From Octopus bimaculoides (lineage: Eukaryota): a stretch of DNA of 64,000 bases. Shown one piece after another: positions 36,330 to 48,660 of the stretch. The number at the start of each line of letters is the position of its first letter. Position 1 is the first letter of the stretch. The stretch lies in contig NC_068986.1 in the NCBI RefSeq assembly GCF_001194135.2, forward strand, positions 4,092,376 through 4,156,375. Direction: 5' to 3'. A program made the translations under genes and the position numbers. A model generated the notes under the pieces. That model saw only the letters and a list, made by a program, of their open reading frames with translations. It ran no database searches and was not told the DNA's origin.

Positions 36330-36869
36330 CCTTTCATGTGCATTTACTATCGTCACTTATTCATTTATTCACTTTTGTCACATAGTCACTTATTTCTCTA
36401 ATTTTGTCACAGATTGGGTGACCGAAAATTCTAAGATTTTTCAGTTCTATTTCGCTGTTATCAGCATTTGCTGTTTCATTAAATTAATCCCAAAAGAATA
36501 TTTTCTCCTTCGTGTTCTATCCTTGACCACCCTAACCCTGAACCCCCTCTCTCTCTCTCTCTCTCCCTCTCTCTGTTTCGATAACCACTTGCTTCTCCAA
36601 CACTTCCCCATCCTCCACCCCACCTCCCTATATAAACTAGCTCACTCGGATTCTGCTACTTCATTTTAATAACTCTGTCAAAAGAATACAAATCCAGATG
36701 TTCTTCTCTAATTCTGCCATTTTGCGGTATGCCCACTTTCCCAACCCCGTCACCTGTACCGGAAGTCCCTATCCTCTGTCATCCTTTGGTTGTCTCCCAT
36801 GAACGCTTCTAAAGGCTTCACTCCACCCCCACCCCTACTTAGGGTTTATCTCCTCCTATATAAGGTAGT

Positions 36870-38605
36870 GATCATGTAGCGCATAAAAATGATGGTGCAG
36901 CGTATGCCGGTTGAATTAAAGGCTACTGCTTGTTTATGAATTCTGCCAAATGCGAGCTTTATTTTCAGGTACATAATGCTGCTGTCCACCGTCCCAGGGT
37001 CTCACGTGCCCACACCTCCCACACCCTCAGGGTTGGCACTCTCAACGTCAGCACACTATGAGGTAAGTCTGGTGAGATTGTTGAGATGCTTGAACAGAGA
37101 TGTGTCGATTTGTGCTGCCTCCAAGAAGTAAGGTGGAGAGGAAGTTCTGCTAGGTTCCTCACAGGCAAAGAACACAGGTACAAGATTTTCTGGGCAGGGA
37201 ACACTGACGGGGTCGGCGGTGTGGGAATACTTCTTGCGGAGAAATGGGTTGATTAGGTAATCTAGGTAGTCAGAGTATGTAACAGAATACTTAAGATTAG
37301 ATTAGTGCTTCATCATGGGTTAGCAACCATTATCTTGGCCTATGCCCCTCAGCCAGAGCTACCTGATGGACAAAAAGACCAATTTTATGACATCCTCTTG
37401 CTGCTTACCTCGTTGACGAATGACAGGGACCTTCTCTTTGTGGCTGGTGACTTCAATGGACATGTTGGACAACATGCAGGGGGCTTCCATGACATACATG
37501 GAGGCTATGGTTTTGGTCCCCGCAATGAGGAGAGAACCAGGCGGCTGGAGTTCTGCGATGCAAATGATCTTATGGTTTGCAATACTAACTTCAGGAAACC
37601 TGCCAGTCACCTAGTCACCTACCGATCTGGTAGACACACTAACCAAATTGACTACATCCTTGCCAGGAAAAGGGAAAGATAGCTGCTTATAAATGCCAAA
37701 ACCTTCCCAGGCGAAGAATGTACCTCACAACATAGACTAGTAGTTAGCGACTTAAGGATCAGAAGACGAGAAGCATGGAGGAGAAGGGTCTGGAAGCTTA
37801 AAGATCTTGTGAATGAACAGAGATTTAGAGACGTATTACTCGAATCTTTTGATGAAATAGAGGGGGATATAGCATCACATGATGTGGAAGACAACTGGAG
37901 GTTTCTACAGGACATCCTGCTGAGGGTCACTGACCAGATCTGTGGATGGTGCAAAGTCTCCTCTCGACCCAAAGCAACGTGGTGGTGGAATAGTGTTGTT
38001 GACAGAGCTATTAGGGAAAAGAAACAGGCTTGGAAGGACTGGAAGAATGGTAGTAGCAGGGAATTGTATCAGACTGCCAGAAGGGAAGCTAGGAGACAGG
38101 TTTATTTAGCCAGAGGGGAAGCAGATAAGGAAGAAAAATTGCCAATGTTCTGCGCTGTGAGGACCAAAGACTTGAGGTATTTCGTGTTACAAGACAGTGT
38201 GTGAGAGAATTGTGATGTCAAAGAAATGTGTCCGCATAAATGATGGTTCGCTTGCATTAAACGAGGCTGCAAAGAGAGCGGTTTGGAGATTATGAAAGAT
38301 TGTTAGATAGAAAGAATGAATGGGAGAAAAAGAGTCTGCCGAATACCGACCCAACAGGGGGAGCAGCTATCCGAATTGACAATACTTTGGAATATAAAGC
38401 AATTAAAGGTATGAAGACAGGGAAAGTTCCTGGCCCATCAAGAATCACCGCAGAGATGCTCAAAATATCTGGCAGTGTCGGCAATAGCCTAGTCACCCGT
38501 ATAGACAACTAGGTGATACATGAAGGAGTCATACCCATTGACTGGTGTAGCAGCACCATAGTCAACTGCTACAAAGGTAAAGGTGATGCTTTAGATACAA
38601 ATAAT
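36870..38605 (+). mobile_element. RTE (BovB-like) LINE, 5' part: APE endonuclease to start of RT
   Basis: VGTLNVSTL, LCCLQEVRW, AYAPQ, VAGDFNGHVG, NQIDYIL, GKVPGPSRITAEML, NNYRGINL. Confidence 0.93.
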
Positions 38606-38619
38606 TACAGAGGTATCAA

Positions 38620-39145
38620 CCTGGTATAATGATTTGGGATAGGGAAGAGAAACTGCGCAAATTTGTGGAAACTAGCTGCCGGGCAGATGTTAACATAAAG
38701 CTAAAGATCAGTGAGAAAGAGAACACTTATGCTGAACTATTGAGAAATCTGCAGTTACTCTATCCAGATTACAAATTTAGGTTTCTACCTGTAATTATTG
38801 CAGCCCTGGGATATGTAACACACTACCTAAATACCAATTTCGAGAAATTAAGCTTTTCAAAACCAGAAAGAAGAAAGCTAATTTGAAGACTACAGATCCA
38901 ATCCATCACTGGAACTGTAAAAATCTATGAAACTTTCCAGAATTTATCATTTAAATATGTATGAACATGTCTAGATATGTAACTATATACATGAGAATAC
39001 ATACATACACAAAACATACATACATACATACATACATACAAAAATACCCTGTTGATGTTGAAATTCCAATGAAGGAGCCTTGGATCTAGGTTAGAAACCG
39101 GTTCTTTCTCTGTTGGCAAGAAATCTTCAAATAAAACTGAATAAT
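38620..39145 (+). mobile_element. R4-like LINE (second family) C-terminal RLE and 3' UTR
   Basis: IWDREEKLRKFVETSCRADVNI...EKENTYAELLRNLQLLYPDYKF.FLPVIIAALG, ITGTVKI; then a (CATA)n tract and tail. Confidence 0.75.
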
Positions 39146-39656
39146 GACATACATACATGTGTATGTGTGTGTATATATATATATNNNNNNNNNNNNNNNN
39201 NNNNNNNNNNNNNNNNNNNNNNNNNNNNNNNNNNNNNNNNNNNNNNNNNNNNNNNNNNNNNNNNNNNNNNNNNNNNNNNNNNNNNNNNNNNNNNNNNNNN
39301 NNNNNNNNNNNNNNNNNNNNNNNNNNNNNNNNNNNNNNNNNNNNNNNNNNNNNNNNNNNNNNNNNNNNNNNNNNNNNNNNNNNNNNNNNNNNNNNNNNNN
39401 NNNNNNNNNNNNNNNNNNNNNNNNNGTACTCAGAAACCTGGATGTTTGTACATTTACAGATTTTTATTAATGTCACATATTAAATGAAGCGCTTTTCACC
39501 TAGTCGTGTAGGTTTTTCAAATTGTACATCACCTCCAAACCTTCAAATATATATATTTCGCTAATTTTTTTTTTTTTGAGAACTACTAGGTCTTGGTAGA
39601 CACAACATGTGAGCTATTTCTAGCATATTAAATGTCCACCCTACTGGTCATCTTTC

Positions 39657-39724
<68 letters not shown>

Positions 39725-40394
39725 GAGGGGGAAAGAGAGAGAGAGAGGGAAAGAGAGAGAGAGAGAGAGAGAGATGTGAATATATACCTTTGTGTGTGTG
39801 CATGTGTGTGTGCGCACGTGCGTTGCGTGTGCGTGTGTGTAAATATGTGTAAGTATAAGATCTATTTTTAATCAGTTCAACATTTGTTCAGGTTCTATCT
39901 TTAAGTTACGTCCCTTTGTTTGCGTGTTATTTCCCTTTAATATAAAATACTTATAGCTCTTGTAATTACGTTAGATTTATTTTACCTCAGTATTCAGTCA
40001 AAAGAACTTTCGTAATTTCCTTAGGAAATAGAAATGCCACAAATCGTTTTCTTTTCCGTCTTATAATTATTGTTTTTATTTTTGTTGTAATTCATTTGAA
40101 GATGTTCAACAACGAAAAGCTGGTGTCGCTTATACAAGGGAGGTTACTGTGTTGTGCATATTCCGGAGATATGTTTCTGAATGTTGAAACTACAGCCAAA
40201 CGACTATGAAAGGTAGAAAATGTGGTGTGTGCATGCATGTATATCTATGTAACAGGAGTTACTGATACACACACACACACACACACACAAACACACATGC
40301 GTGTGTAAATACATACATACATACACACACATACATGCATGCGTAAATACATACATAATACATACACACATACATACATACATACATATCCATA

Positions 40395-41133
40395 GATATC
40401 AAAACCTGCAAAACCCTGACAACAACCGGGAACTTCCACATAAATAGTGATGTTGACAGGCTCTACCTAAGAAGAAACGAAGTATATATACAGGAGGCCA
40501 CATGACATGTGATCTTCTTCTAGCACATTACCAGTCCACCTAGTGGCCTCCTGTATATATACTCGCATATATTTTTATATAAACATATGCAATAATCCTT
40601 GAGATCTCAGATATTTTTTTCTGAATCTCCCTGGTTCTTTTAATGTGCTAGTTACTTGGTATTAAATTGATATTAATTAATATCCAATTTTTTACCCCAT
40701 TGTTTAATTTAATTAAGAAGAAATGAAGGTAGTAGAAGCCTGAGATCAGTGCAGACGACCTTCAAATGCCGTATAGTACAACTCAGGCCGCACCTGCTAA
40801 GCAACAGCAGCAAAACTAGATATATAGATGCTGTGCTGAAAAGTGAAGTGAGCAACATTGTACAAGTTGACAGTGAGCTCATCGAGAAGCACTCTATTCC
40901 TGATGATCTCCTATACAGCCCCAAAACAGCTGGGCTCTCTTACCTCAGAGAAGACCTTGATATAAAGCACTCAGCATGCAAAAAGAACTATGCATGGGTA
41001 TGTTGCCTGGAAGCTTGAAGACAGTAGAATTGTCATGAAGGGCAGCCTCTCTTGGACACAAGACCACTACATCACATCACACTTTGAGGGTTATGCATTT
41101 TCAATCCAGGAACAGGAGGTTGCAACAAAGTAC
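40395..41133 (+). mobile_element. R4-like LINE thumb-region fragment, interrupted at 40485-40725
   Basis: GNFHINSDVDRLYLRRNE...EGSRSL and TSHFEGYAFSIQEQEVATKYL. Confidence 0.78.
40491..40553. mobile_element. 63-bp micro-MITE
   Basis: TA|CAGGAGGCCAC...GTGGCCTCCTG|TA with a perfect 11-bp TIR. A degraded relative lies near 39598-39650. Confidence 0.75.
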
Positions 41134-41208
41134 CTAAGGGTTAAGGTCAGGATTTTCTGTTAGGGTTAGGGTTAAGGTTTAGGGTTAAGATTAGGGTTTG
41201 GGCTGGGG
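41134..41208 (+). repeat. Degenerate interstitial (TTAGGG)n-like tract
   Basis: ttagggttagggttaaggtttagggttaagattaggg. Confidence 0.75.
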
Positions 41209-41290
41209 TTTTTGTTATGCCGATATAATGATGTCGATTAAGTGACAGCCTATAATCTAATAAGTATGAGAGAAAGAGGGGTCGTTACCT

Positions 41291-41682
41291 TGTACGTGAC
41301 GACAAGAATATAAGAATTTGCGAGACGTTTGTAATAAGTCATAACATACTTATTACTAGAGGTAATGCGTTAACATATAAGGTTAATTGAAGGAAAGCTT
41401 GTAACATCACATGAATATATTCTTTTGCAACCATGTCTCCAAGCAAACGTGGCGAACGTACGCGCGTGCGGGTGTGTATGCGAGTGGCCCGACTCAATGC
41501 ATGTCGAAGAATCAACAGGCAATAAGTGGCGCGAATTTAGAAAGTGTTCCTTTATATACGGGATGAACTGAAACTCCTTGATTTCCACGTCAACCTAAAA
41601 CTTCTAGAAACTGGAGGGAGATTACTCTCGTTAAATCCCTTTTTCGTTTTGCTTTCCTACTTGACCGCCAGGATTCACTACA
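41291..41682 (-). mobile_element. 3' LTR of a Gypsy element (392 bp)
   Basis: Minus strand: PPT gaggagggagt (41685-41695), 2-nt spacer, TGTAG...GTACA ends; lies downstream of the integrase. Confidence 0.7.
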
Positions 41683-42059
41683 TAACTCCCTCCTCAGACG
41701 AGAAATCGATAAGCAAAATTATTGTAGTGATCCAGGGCAGATACGAAGCAAAACGAGGTAGCAGAAACATGTGCTTGCAAAACAAGTAGTAAAATAGGAA
41801 AAAATCAATACATGCATCATGATAGATACTGAATATGATTACAGAGTTTGGTGCAGTAAAGCTTTAGCTACACAACAATGCGCATCAAACTAAATGCAAA
41901 ACATGGCAAAATGAAAATACAATATAAAACATGCATGGGGAAAATATTTGTGAATAAACTTTTTTTGTAAAAGAAATAGCAAACAGTTTGTTTTGTAACA
42001 GAAAGTTAAATATAAATGATTCTGGATAATTTTTGTGGCCAATGTAATGTTCTGCAACT

Positions 42060-42790
42060 TCTTGTGATATAAGGTTTAGATATAAGGTTGTGCTTGCGGT
42101 GCATATGGTGGTGTTGGTGTAGGAGTGAATGTACGTGGTATGTCAGGTTCTGGAATGAGATTTTTTCTAAGAAAGCTTTTTTTTTATTCTGTCGATGGAC
42201 ATTGCTTCTTTTCGACCATTAATGCCGACTATGAACTGGTGTGAACATTTGACCGGGACGCATCAAGGTTGTGCCGTAAAGAAGTTCGGCTGAGGAGAAA
42301 CCTAAATCTGTCTTAACAGCGGAACGGCAACCAAGAAGAATAATTGGTAGGAATTCGGTCCAACGCTGCGGGTCAGGAGTAGCGCGTAGTGCAGCTTTTA
42401 ACTGTCTGTGGAATCGGTCTATCATTCCATTGGAAGTTGGGTGATAACTTGTGTGAATTCGATGAGCATCCAAGTGTCGTGATATTTCACAGAATAAAGA
42501 AGCTTCGAACTGGCGTCCCCTATCAGAGGTTATTTTAGATGGGACACCAAAGCGCGCCACCCAATTGGAAACGAACGCTTGTGCGATGGATTCGGCTGTG
42601 ATGTTAATCAGAGGTATGGATTCAGGCCATCGAGAGAAACGATCAATGCAAGTCAAGATGTACGTGAAACCGCGACTAACGGGCCAAAGTCCAACAATAT
42701 CGATGTGGACATGACGGAAACTCAAGCAGCCTTATTACTATTACCAAGCCTTTCTTTAGCTGGTCATCCAAAAGACATATAAACAAATAC
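42060..42790 (-). mobile_element. Gypsy integrase (rve) remnant
   Basis: ORF 42219-42725: HVHIDIVG, LTCIDRFSRWPE, FGVPSKITSDRGRQF, YHPTSNGMIDRFHRQLK. Confidence 0.93.
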
Positions 42791-43299
42791 TTGTCAAGCT
42801 TAATGTTAATCATAAAACAGTTACCACTATGCTTTTTAGAATGCAATTTCTATTATGACATATTGAAGATGGTTAGCCACTTATTTACTCAGCACATTAA
42901 TATTTAATGATTGGTCGCCTTACCTATCGTAAGAGTTTTGAACATTGGTTGAGCCTCGTGCCTTGATTAATCGAGTATTGTGCGGGATATAGATCGAAGA
43001 TCCAATCACGTTGTGCGTAATACATTCACGAACAACTAATCAGAATATGCGCTGGAGCCTACCCTCCTTCTATAAATAGGTCTAACAAATCATCTATGAA
43101 CAGAGGGGTGAGCGATTTTCATGAAGGCGAATCATGTTATTTTGCTGCCGTTATTCACCTGAGCAAAATTAATATAACGGATCCATAGCAATTGCATTAC
43201 GAATGTATAGAAATTGGAAGGGCGTGACCCAACTCAAATAAACACGTAACCAGTGATTGTCCGAGCTGAATTGCCCAAACGATGGACGAGCTATACAAC

Positions 43300-43455
43300 C
43301 AGGGGCGGACCCAATGTGGGGCTGAAAGGCACGTGCCCGCCTCAAGAAAAAAAAGTGCGCCTTTCTAAATAATGTTTTTACACCCTTTTCTCCTGGAATT
43401 GTATTCCCTTTTGACCTTGTGCCCTCCCTTCGAAAACTTCCTGGGACTGCGCCTG
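43300..43455. mobile_element. 156-bp MITE with a 5-bp TSD
   Basis: ACAAC|CAGGGGCGGACCCA...TGGGACTGCGCCTG|ACAAC; TIR 11/14. Confidence 0.7.
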
Positions 43456-43687
43456 ACAACCACCAGAATTCGTGATGTGTTTATTTTGTCCATTGTACTA
43501 TTTAATGGAGGAATAAAGTCACGATGCTATTTTTAAAGTTTGTTTCTTGTATTATTTCCACGAGTGAACATGCAACATATATTATATAATGTGGTATGCA
43601 AGATTCCGTAGTAAAATCAAGGGAGATTTTATAGCGCACCGTTAATCGGTCTTCAAAAAGCAATTCTTTATTTTGATATATAACATA

Positions 43688-45168
43688 CTAGCATAGATAC
43701 CCAGCGTTGCCTGTCTCACGTGGAATTGAAGAATTAGACTTTTCTTTCATATTTTCTCTCATGAACTGGAATGTCTATGATTCGAATTTCATCAAAACTG
43801 AAGATTAAGAATTTCAATGGGGGTTCTTTCCCTCTTTACATACACATCCTAACAAAAATTCTAATCACGACATATTTATCCCATACTACTCATCTTTACG
43901 CTCAGATTCCAAAATCCAAATCTTATAAAACCCATTCAAAGGTTTTTGCTCCTGAAAAATGGACTACATGGAGCTCTGAAATGTGAAATTTAAGGCCCCT
44001 ATTAGTGGGGTCTTAAAATCAACCAGAGAAGTTGAATTGTTGGGAATCTTTTTTAACTTGTGTCTTATATCTATTGTTCAAATTTCTTTGTTATCGGAAA
44101 TATATGAATGCTCACTGGGTTTGTAAGAGAGAGCAAAGCTATAGGAAACCAAAAGACGAATGATCACAATAAGCAATCACCTACTCTACCCTAGACGTTA
44201 CTACTCCCCAATGTAGGATTCCTCACCGTACAGGTGACCGGCACAGCCGTAAAATGCCTTACGGAACTATAGCAATTGGAAAGGCGTGACCCAACTCAAA
44301 TAAACATTAACAACTGTGTGACATGAGGGCTAAGAGGAAATGAAAGTGTCACCTCTGAAATTTACCAATGATCACTATGCCGATAGGTAACTGAGCAGAA
44401 TAAATTTACAATCTATAAATATCTTTGACTGACCAATCACTTATCTGGAAAGTCTTTGAAATTAATATTACCATCTGGGGACTATCTCTGACCCTGTGAT
44501 AATAAAAAGACTCAAAGGAGGTCTGCAACCAAATAACTTTACTCAAAATAACACTTTGCAACTGAATCAGTGGAGGCAAAGCTGCCTCTCCTTTACTTCA
44601 CAATTTATGCACCACACTGCAGAAATCACAATTTAAGTTTATCTCAAAGCAAACTCTTACACTGTTGTACTATTGAATTACAAATAATGCTCATCTTGTA
44701 TCCTCGGGTGACTCTACAGCTTCTAAGACTACAATTGTATTCGTCTTGGCTTAGGAAAAAGGAACATATTGTATTATACCCGCCCTTACGCATTGAATCT
44801 AAGTTCCAAATATCATAAGGATCCATTCAATAATTTTGGTCCATGAAAAATGACTAACATTCGGGGGTTAAGCCTCCATCAAGAGGTCTTAGAATCATCC
44901 AAAGAAATGGAAATTTTGGGTATATTTTAAAATCTACTTTTAATGCCTGTGGTTCAAATTTCATCAAAATCTGAAGGATAAGAATTTTCACAGGGTCTTC
45001 TGTCCCCCTTTATGCCTCCTCAAAATTGTATGAAACATACGGCCTTACCCTTCTCACTAGGCTTGGATTTTGTGTTCCAAATTTCATTAGGATCGTTCCA
45101 GTAGTTTTCGAGTCTATGAGTAACACACGAATACAAGAATACACAAACATTGATTTTTATATAATAGA
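43688..45168 (-). mobile_element. Non-autonomous Helitron (1481 bp)
   Basis: Minus strand starts A|TCTATTATATAAAAATC and ends ...CAACGCTGGGTATCTATGCTAG|T (A^T target, no TSD). Internal subrepeats near 43790-44090 and 44840-45000. Confidence 0.75.
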
Positions 45169-45390
45169 TAAGCATGTACATCTTCTAGAACATTGTCATT
45201 TTATAAGATTTTGCTGGCGAATTCTTAAATAAACATAAACATTTATTTACATGAAAGAAAATTAGCTGAAAATTTTCTTCTAATTCTTTCAAAACTTTCT
45301 GCTTAAACTGCATTGAAATCATTTGTGGGGAAGAAAGAGAAACAAAGAAATGCAGCACCAAGCGCTTCAACTGGTCGCACACCACAAGGT

Positions 45391-46110
45391 TCAACGGAAT
45401 CTACTAAAGCAAACTAACACGCTCTCAGCATTTCCACAGGTGATGGCGAGGCTAAGGCGTTGGAAAAGCCAATGATCCTCACAGACTTCACCTGACACTT
45501 CGGTGAGGCATGCTGTCAACGATGATAAGAACTTCGCGGTTAGCGGCCCAGTCCCTCCGAGCGTCTCAAACGCCACAGGCTGGAAGAGACAGTTCACTGT
45601 CAGGTCCCGATACTCCAGAGTTTTGTTCCGTTCGGCTATGGAAGCAGTGACCCTCCCATTTAGTGCTGCATCCAGGATATGGGAGGGAGGAAAAGGGTCA
45701 CAAACTGTGGCGTCCCAAATGAGGCACCTATCTCTAACTCAGGGACAGAGGGTAAAACCATCTGGTCTCTATCACTTCTGGATAACTCCGTCGGCTCCAG
45801 AACGGATGGGATGGATATTAACCCGAACCAGAGCCCGCTTAATGATTAGGTTTAGCTCGGTGTGACGAGCGAAGCGACCAGCATTTAGGCAGCAAGACCG
45901 ACCGTGAAGATCTGTTGGGTCGAGGGGCCTACTATAGTGGCATCTCAGTCTCCTGCAGACGTCAGCTCCCGCCAAGAGTGCGATAGATATGTGGAATTCA
46001 TCTAGACTAAGTAGACCTTCAATGTTGGCCACAGGCAGGGTATCAATCCAGTCTCCCCGTTGCCAATTCTTTTCAAAGATTCGTTGATGAAGTTACTCAT
46101 AGTATAGACA
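45391..46110 (-). mobile_element. CRE-clade non-LTR 3' remnant (CCHC plus RLE)
   Basis: VCRRLRCHY..LDPTDLHGRSC, RHTELNLIIKRAL, RPDGFTL, CLIWDATVCD, FQPVAFETLGGTG, LFQRLSLAITCGNA. Confidence 0.85.
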
Positions 46111-46330
46111 TTGCTTCTACATATATTGATGATTCATTTATCACTAGTTCTTCCGCATCTGAACATGAACAATATCTACAGTAACTTGTTGCTTGGTTGT
46201 TGCATTACGGTGTTGTAATCACTGCCACAAAATGTTTCTTCGGGGTTCCATCTCCAAAATTCTTAGGTTGCATTTTAAATAAAGATGGGATTATATAATA
46301 ATGTGCAAACTATGTTATAGATTTCGCCAC

Positions 46331-46372
<42 letters not shown>

Positions 46373-46429
46373 TAAAATTGTGAAAGTTTCTAGTTCTGGT
46401 TAATTTCTATGCACACTTCATTCCGCACT

Positions 46430-47510
46430 GCGCTGAGACAACATATCCTCGTATGGAATTGTTATGTAACCGAAGGAAGAAAAATCAAAAATTACAGACG
46501 GCAATCAAATTACAATTGTTTACAACAATTAAAGACAAATTATCTAAGGCTATTGATTCATCCTATGCCAATGGCGCCTTTATCTCTTTTCGTGGATGCT
46601 TCCGAAGTATACAACAGTTTATTCATAACTCATAGCAGCCATTTTCATTCTTCTTAAAGCGATTAAAACCAACAGAAACTAAATACAAGGCTTTCGATCG
46701 TGAATTATTAGAAGCCAATTTTGGCTGTTAAAACAATTTTGTCATTTACTTGAAGGGCGACAATTCATCATTTAAACCGATAATGATCTATTGCTGACTT
46801 ATGTATTACAGTCAAAACCAGAAAGAAACTTGGCACCTAGCTTTTATCACAGTTTACTGATGGTATTCGGTATCTCCTCAGAGCTAATAACTGTGCAGCA
46901 GACACTTTATTTCGGGTATATATTGATTCCTTACATTCTCTCAGCACAACTGACTTTAAAAAACTCCATCTAATCAGGAAATGAAGTCGCAACAACTAAG
47001 AAATTCAGCTTCAGTGGATTTTTGTCTCTTTCCACTACCTGTTTCTCCAGTGTTTCTTTGGTAATATCTCCATCAATCGTGAATGATCTTTCGTTCCTTC
47101 ACATCAGACTAATTTATTTTTCCGCTCTTCATAATTCAACTCATTCTGAAGTTACCTCGTTAGAAAACTGATTTCAGCTAGATTTGTTTGGCTAAGAATG
47201 AAGAATGATATTCAAGAATGAGTTTTAAAATACATAGAGTAACAGAGCTCCGAAATTCATGGGCATATTATTGCACTCTCAGAACTTTTTCCTATTTCAG
47301 ATGTTTGCTTTCAACACATACACATAGACTTTGATCAACCTTTACCTCCTGCATATCGCTAGATTTATCTGTTAACGTGTATTGATGATTGTTCTCGACT
47401 CTCTGAAGTCATTCCTATTTAGGAGGACATTTCATCAGCGAAAACTTTGATTTTCTTTCACTGGATTTCACGTTTTGGAATACCTACCGACAAAGGTCAG
47501 AAGGTTGAGT
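46430..47510 (+). mobile_element. Highly decayed Gypsy pol remnant (RNase H to integrase)
   Basis: LSLFVDASE, ETKYKAFDRELL, LLEGRQF, ARFVWLRMKNDI, HIHID, LLTCIDDCSR, ISRFGIP. Confidence 0.75.
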
Positions 47511-47539
47511 TTACTCTTTATACTGAGTTTATGCATTTA

Positions 47540-48140
47540 TCAGGTTGTCCGGAAAGTTCTGAGCGATTTCAGGATTTGTTCCTTTCAGCCTTTCATACTA
47601 CAATCCTAATCTTAGTATGATTCATATTTTAGAATTGCTTGTAGTACTGAAGCCAAACAGCTAACTTTCACGTTAAAAATCAACCTATGTTTTTCTCCTT
47701 TCAGCTTTACCATTTGAAATGGATAACCAAAAATTGCATATTCGCCACGTAATGTTTTTCTTTTTCAAAATATGCTGAAAATGCTGCGGAAACGTGTAAA
47801 ATCATTTGTGGAGTTTTGGGGGGAAATGCTGTAGATGAATCAACTGTTCGAAGATGGTTTGCAAAATTTAGACGAGGTGAGTTTAGCTTGGAAGATGACA
47901 ATTGCTGTGGAAGACCCTCAACCTTAGATGACGATATTTTGAAGGTAACCATTGAAGAAAACTCTAATATTACGACTAGAAAACTTGCAGAGAAGTTGTA
48001 AATTTCCAAAAGTATCATTCGCGAACACTTAGTGAAAATTGGGTATGTTTCTCGCTATAATGTTTGTGCCTCACCAACTGTCAGAACAAAACTGCATGAA
48101 CCGGTATTCCATCTGTGATATGCTTCTGAAGCAATGAAAA
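47540..48140 (+). mobile_element. Mariner 5' fragment
   Basis: TA|TCAGGTTGTCCGGAAAGTTC end; AVDESTVRRWFAKFRRGEFSLED..CGRP (HTH region). Confidence 0.88.
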
Positions 48141-48524
48141 CCACTTCACATCGCACACTCAGTTCAACTGGACTGCCTTATCTCGCACCTCTTTTGTAGT
48201 TGTTGGCTTTTGAGCTGTTGTTGCGTGAGTTGAAACAATTGAGGAGTATCCCTTTCAAATTAGATCCCGGCATATGCAGATGGCATCATACCATCATGGT
48301 GTCGATTTCACCAAAACAGAGGCGGTTGACACCATTATAAAGGATAGGAGACGGTCGAATGAATTAAGATCAACGCGAACAAGTTGGTGGGCTTACAGCT
48401 TGGTGCTGTGAGGCAGTTCTATGCCGATGGACGTAGTCGTTGTGTACTGGACCGTCGGATCAGTTAAACTGTTCAGAGACCAGTTCGGTCCTGATATTCA
48501 GGTGAACCGGTACTGAGAAAGGGT

Positions 48525-48660
48525 TCGAAAGAACTGATAATCGCTAGATTGTGGCTCGATTCCTGGATCAGGCGATACGTTGTGTTCTTGAGCAAAACAC
48601 TTCATTTCATGTTGCTCCAGTCCACTCAGCTGGCAAAAAGGAGTAATCCTGCGACGGGAA
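48525..48660 (+). mobile_element. SINE head (family C)
   Basis: ggctcgattcc B-box-like motif followed by gttcttgagcaaaacacttcatttcatgttg. Confidence 0.55.
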
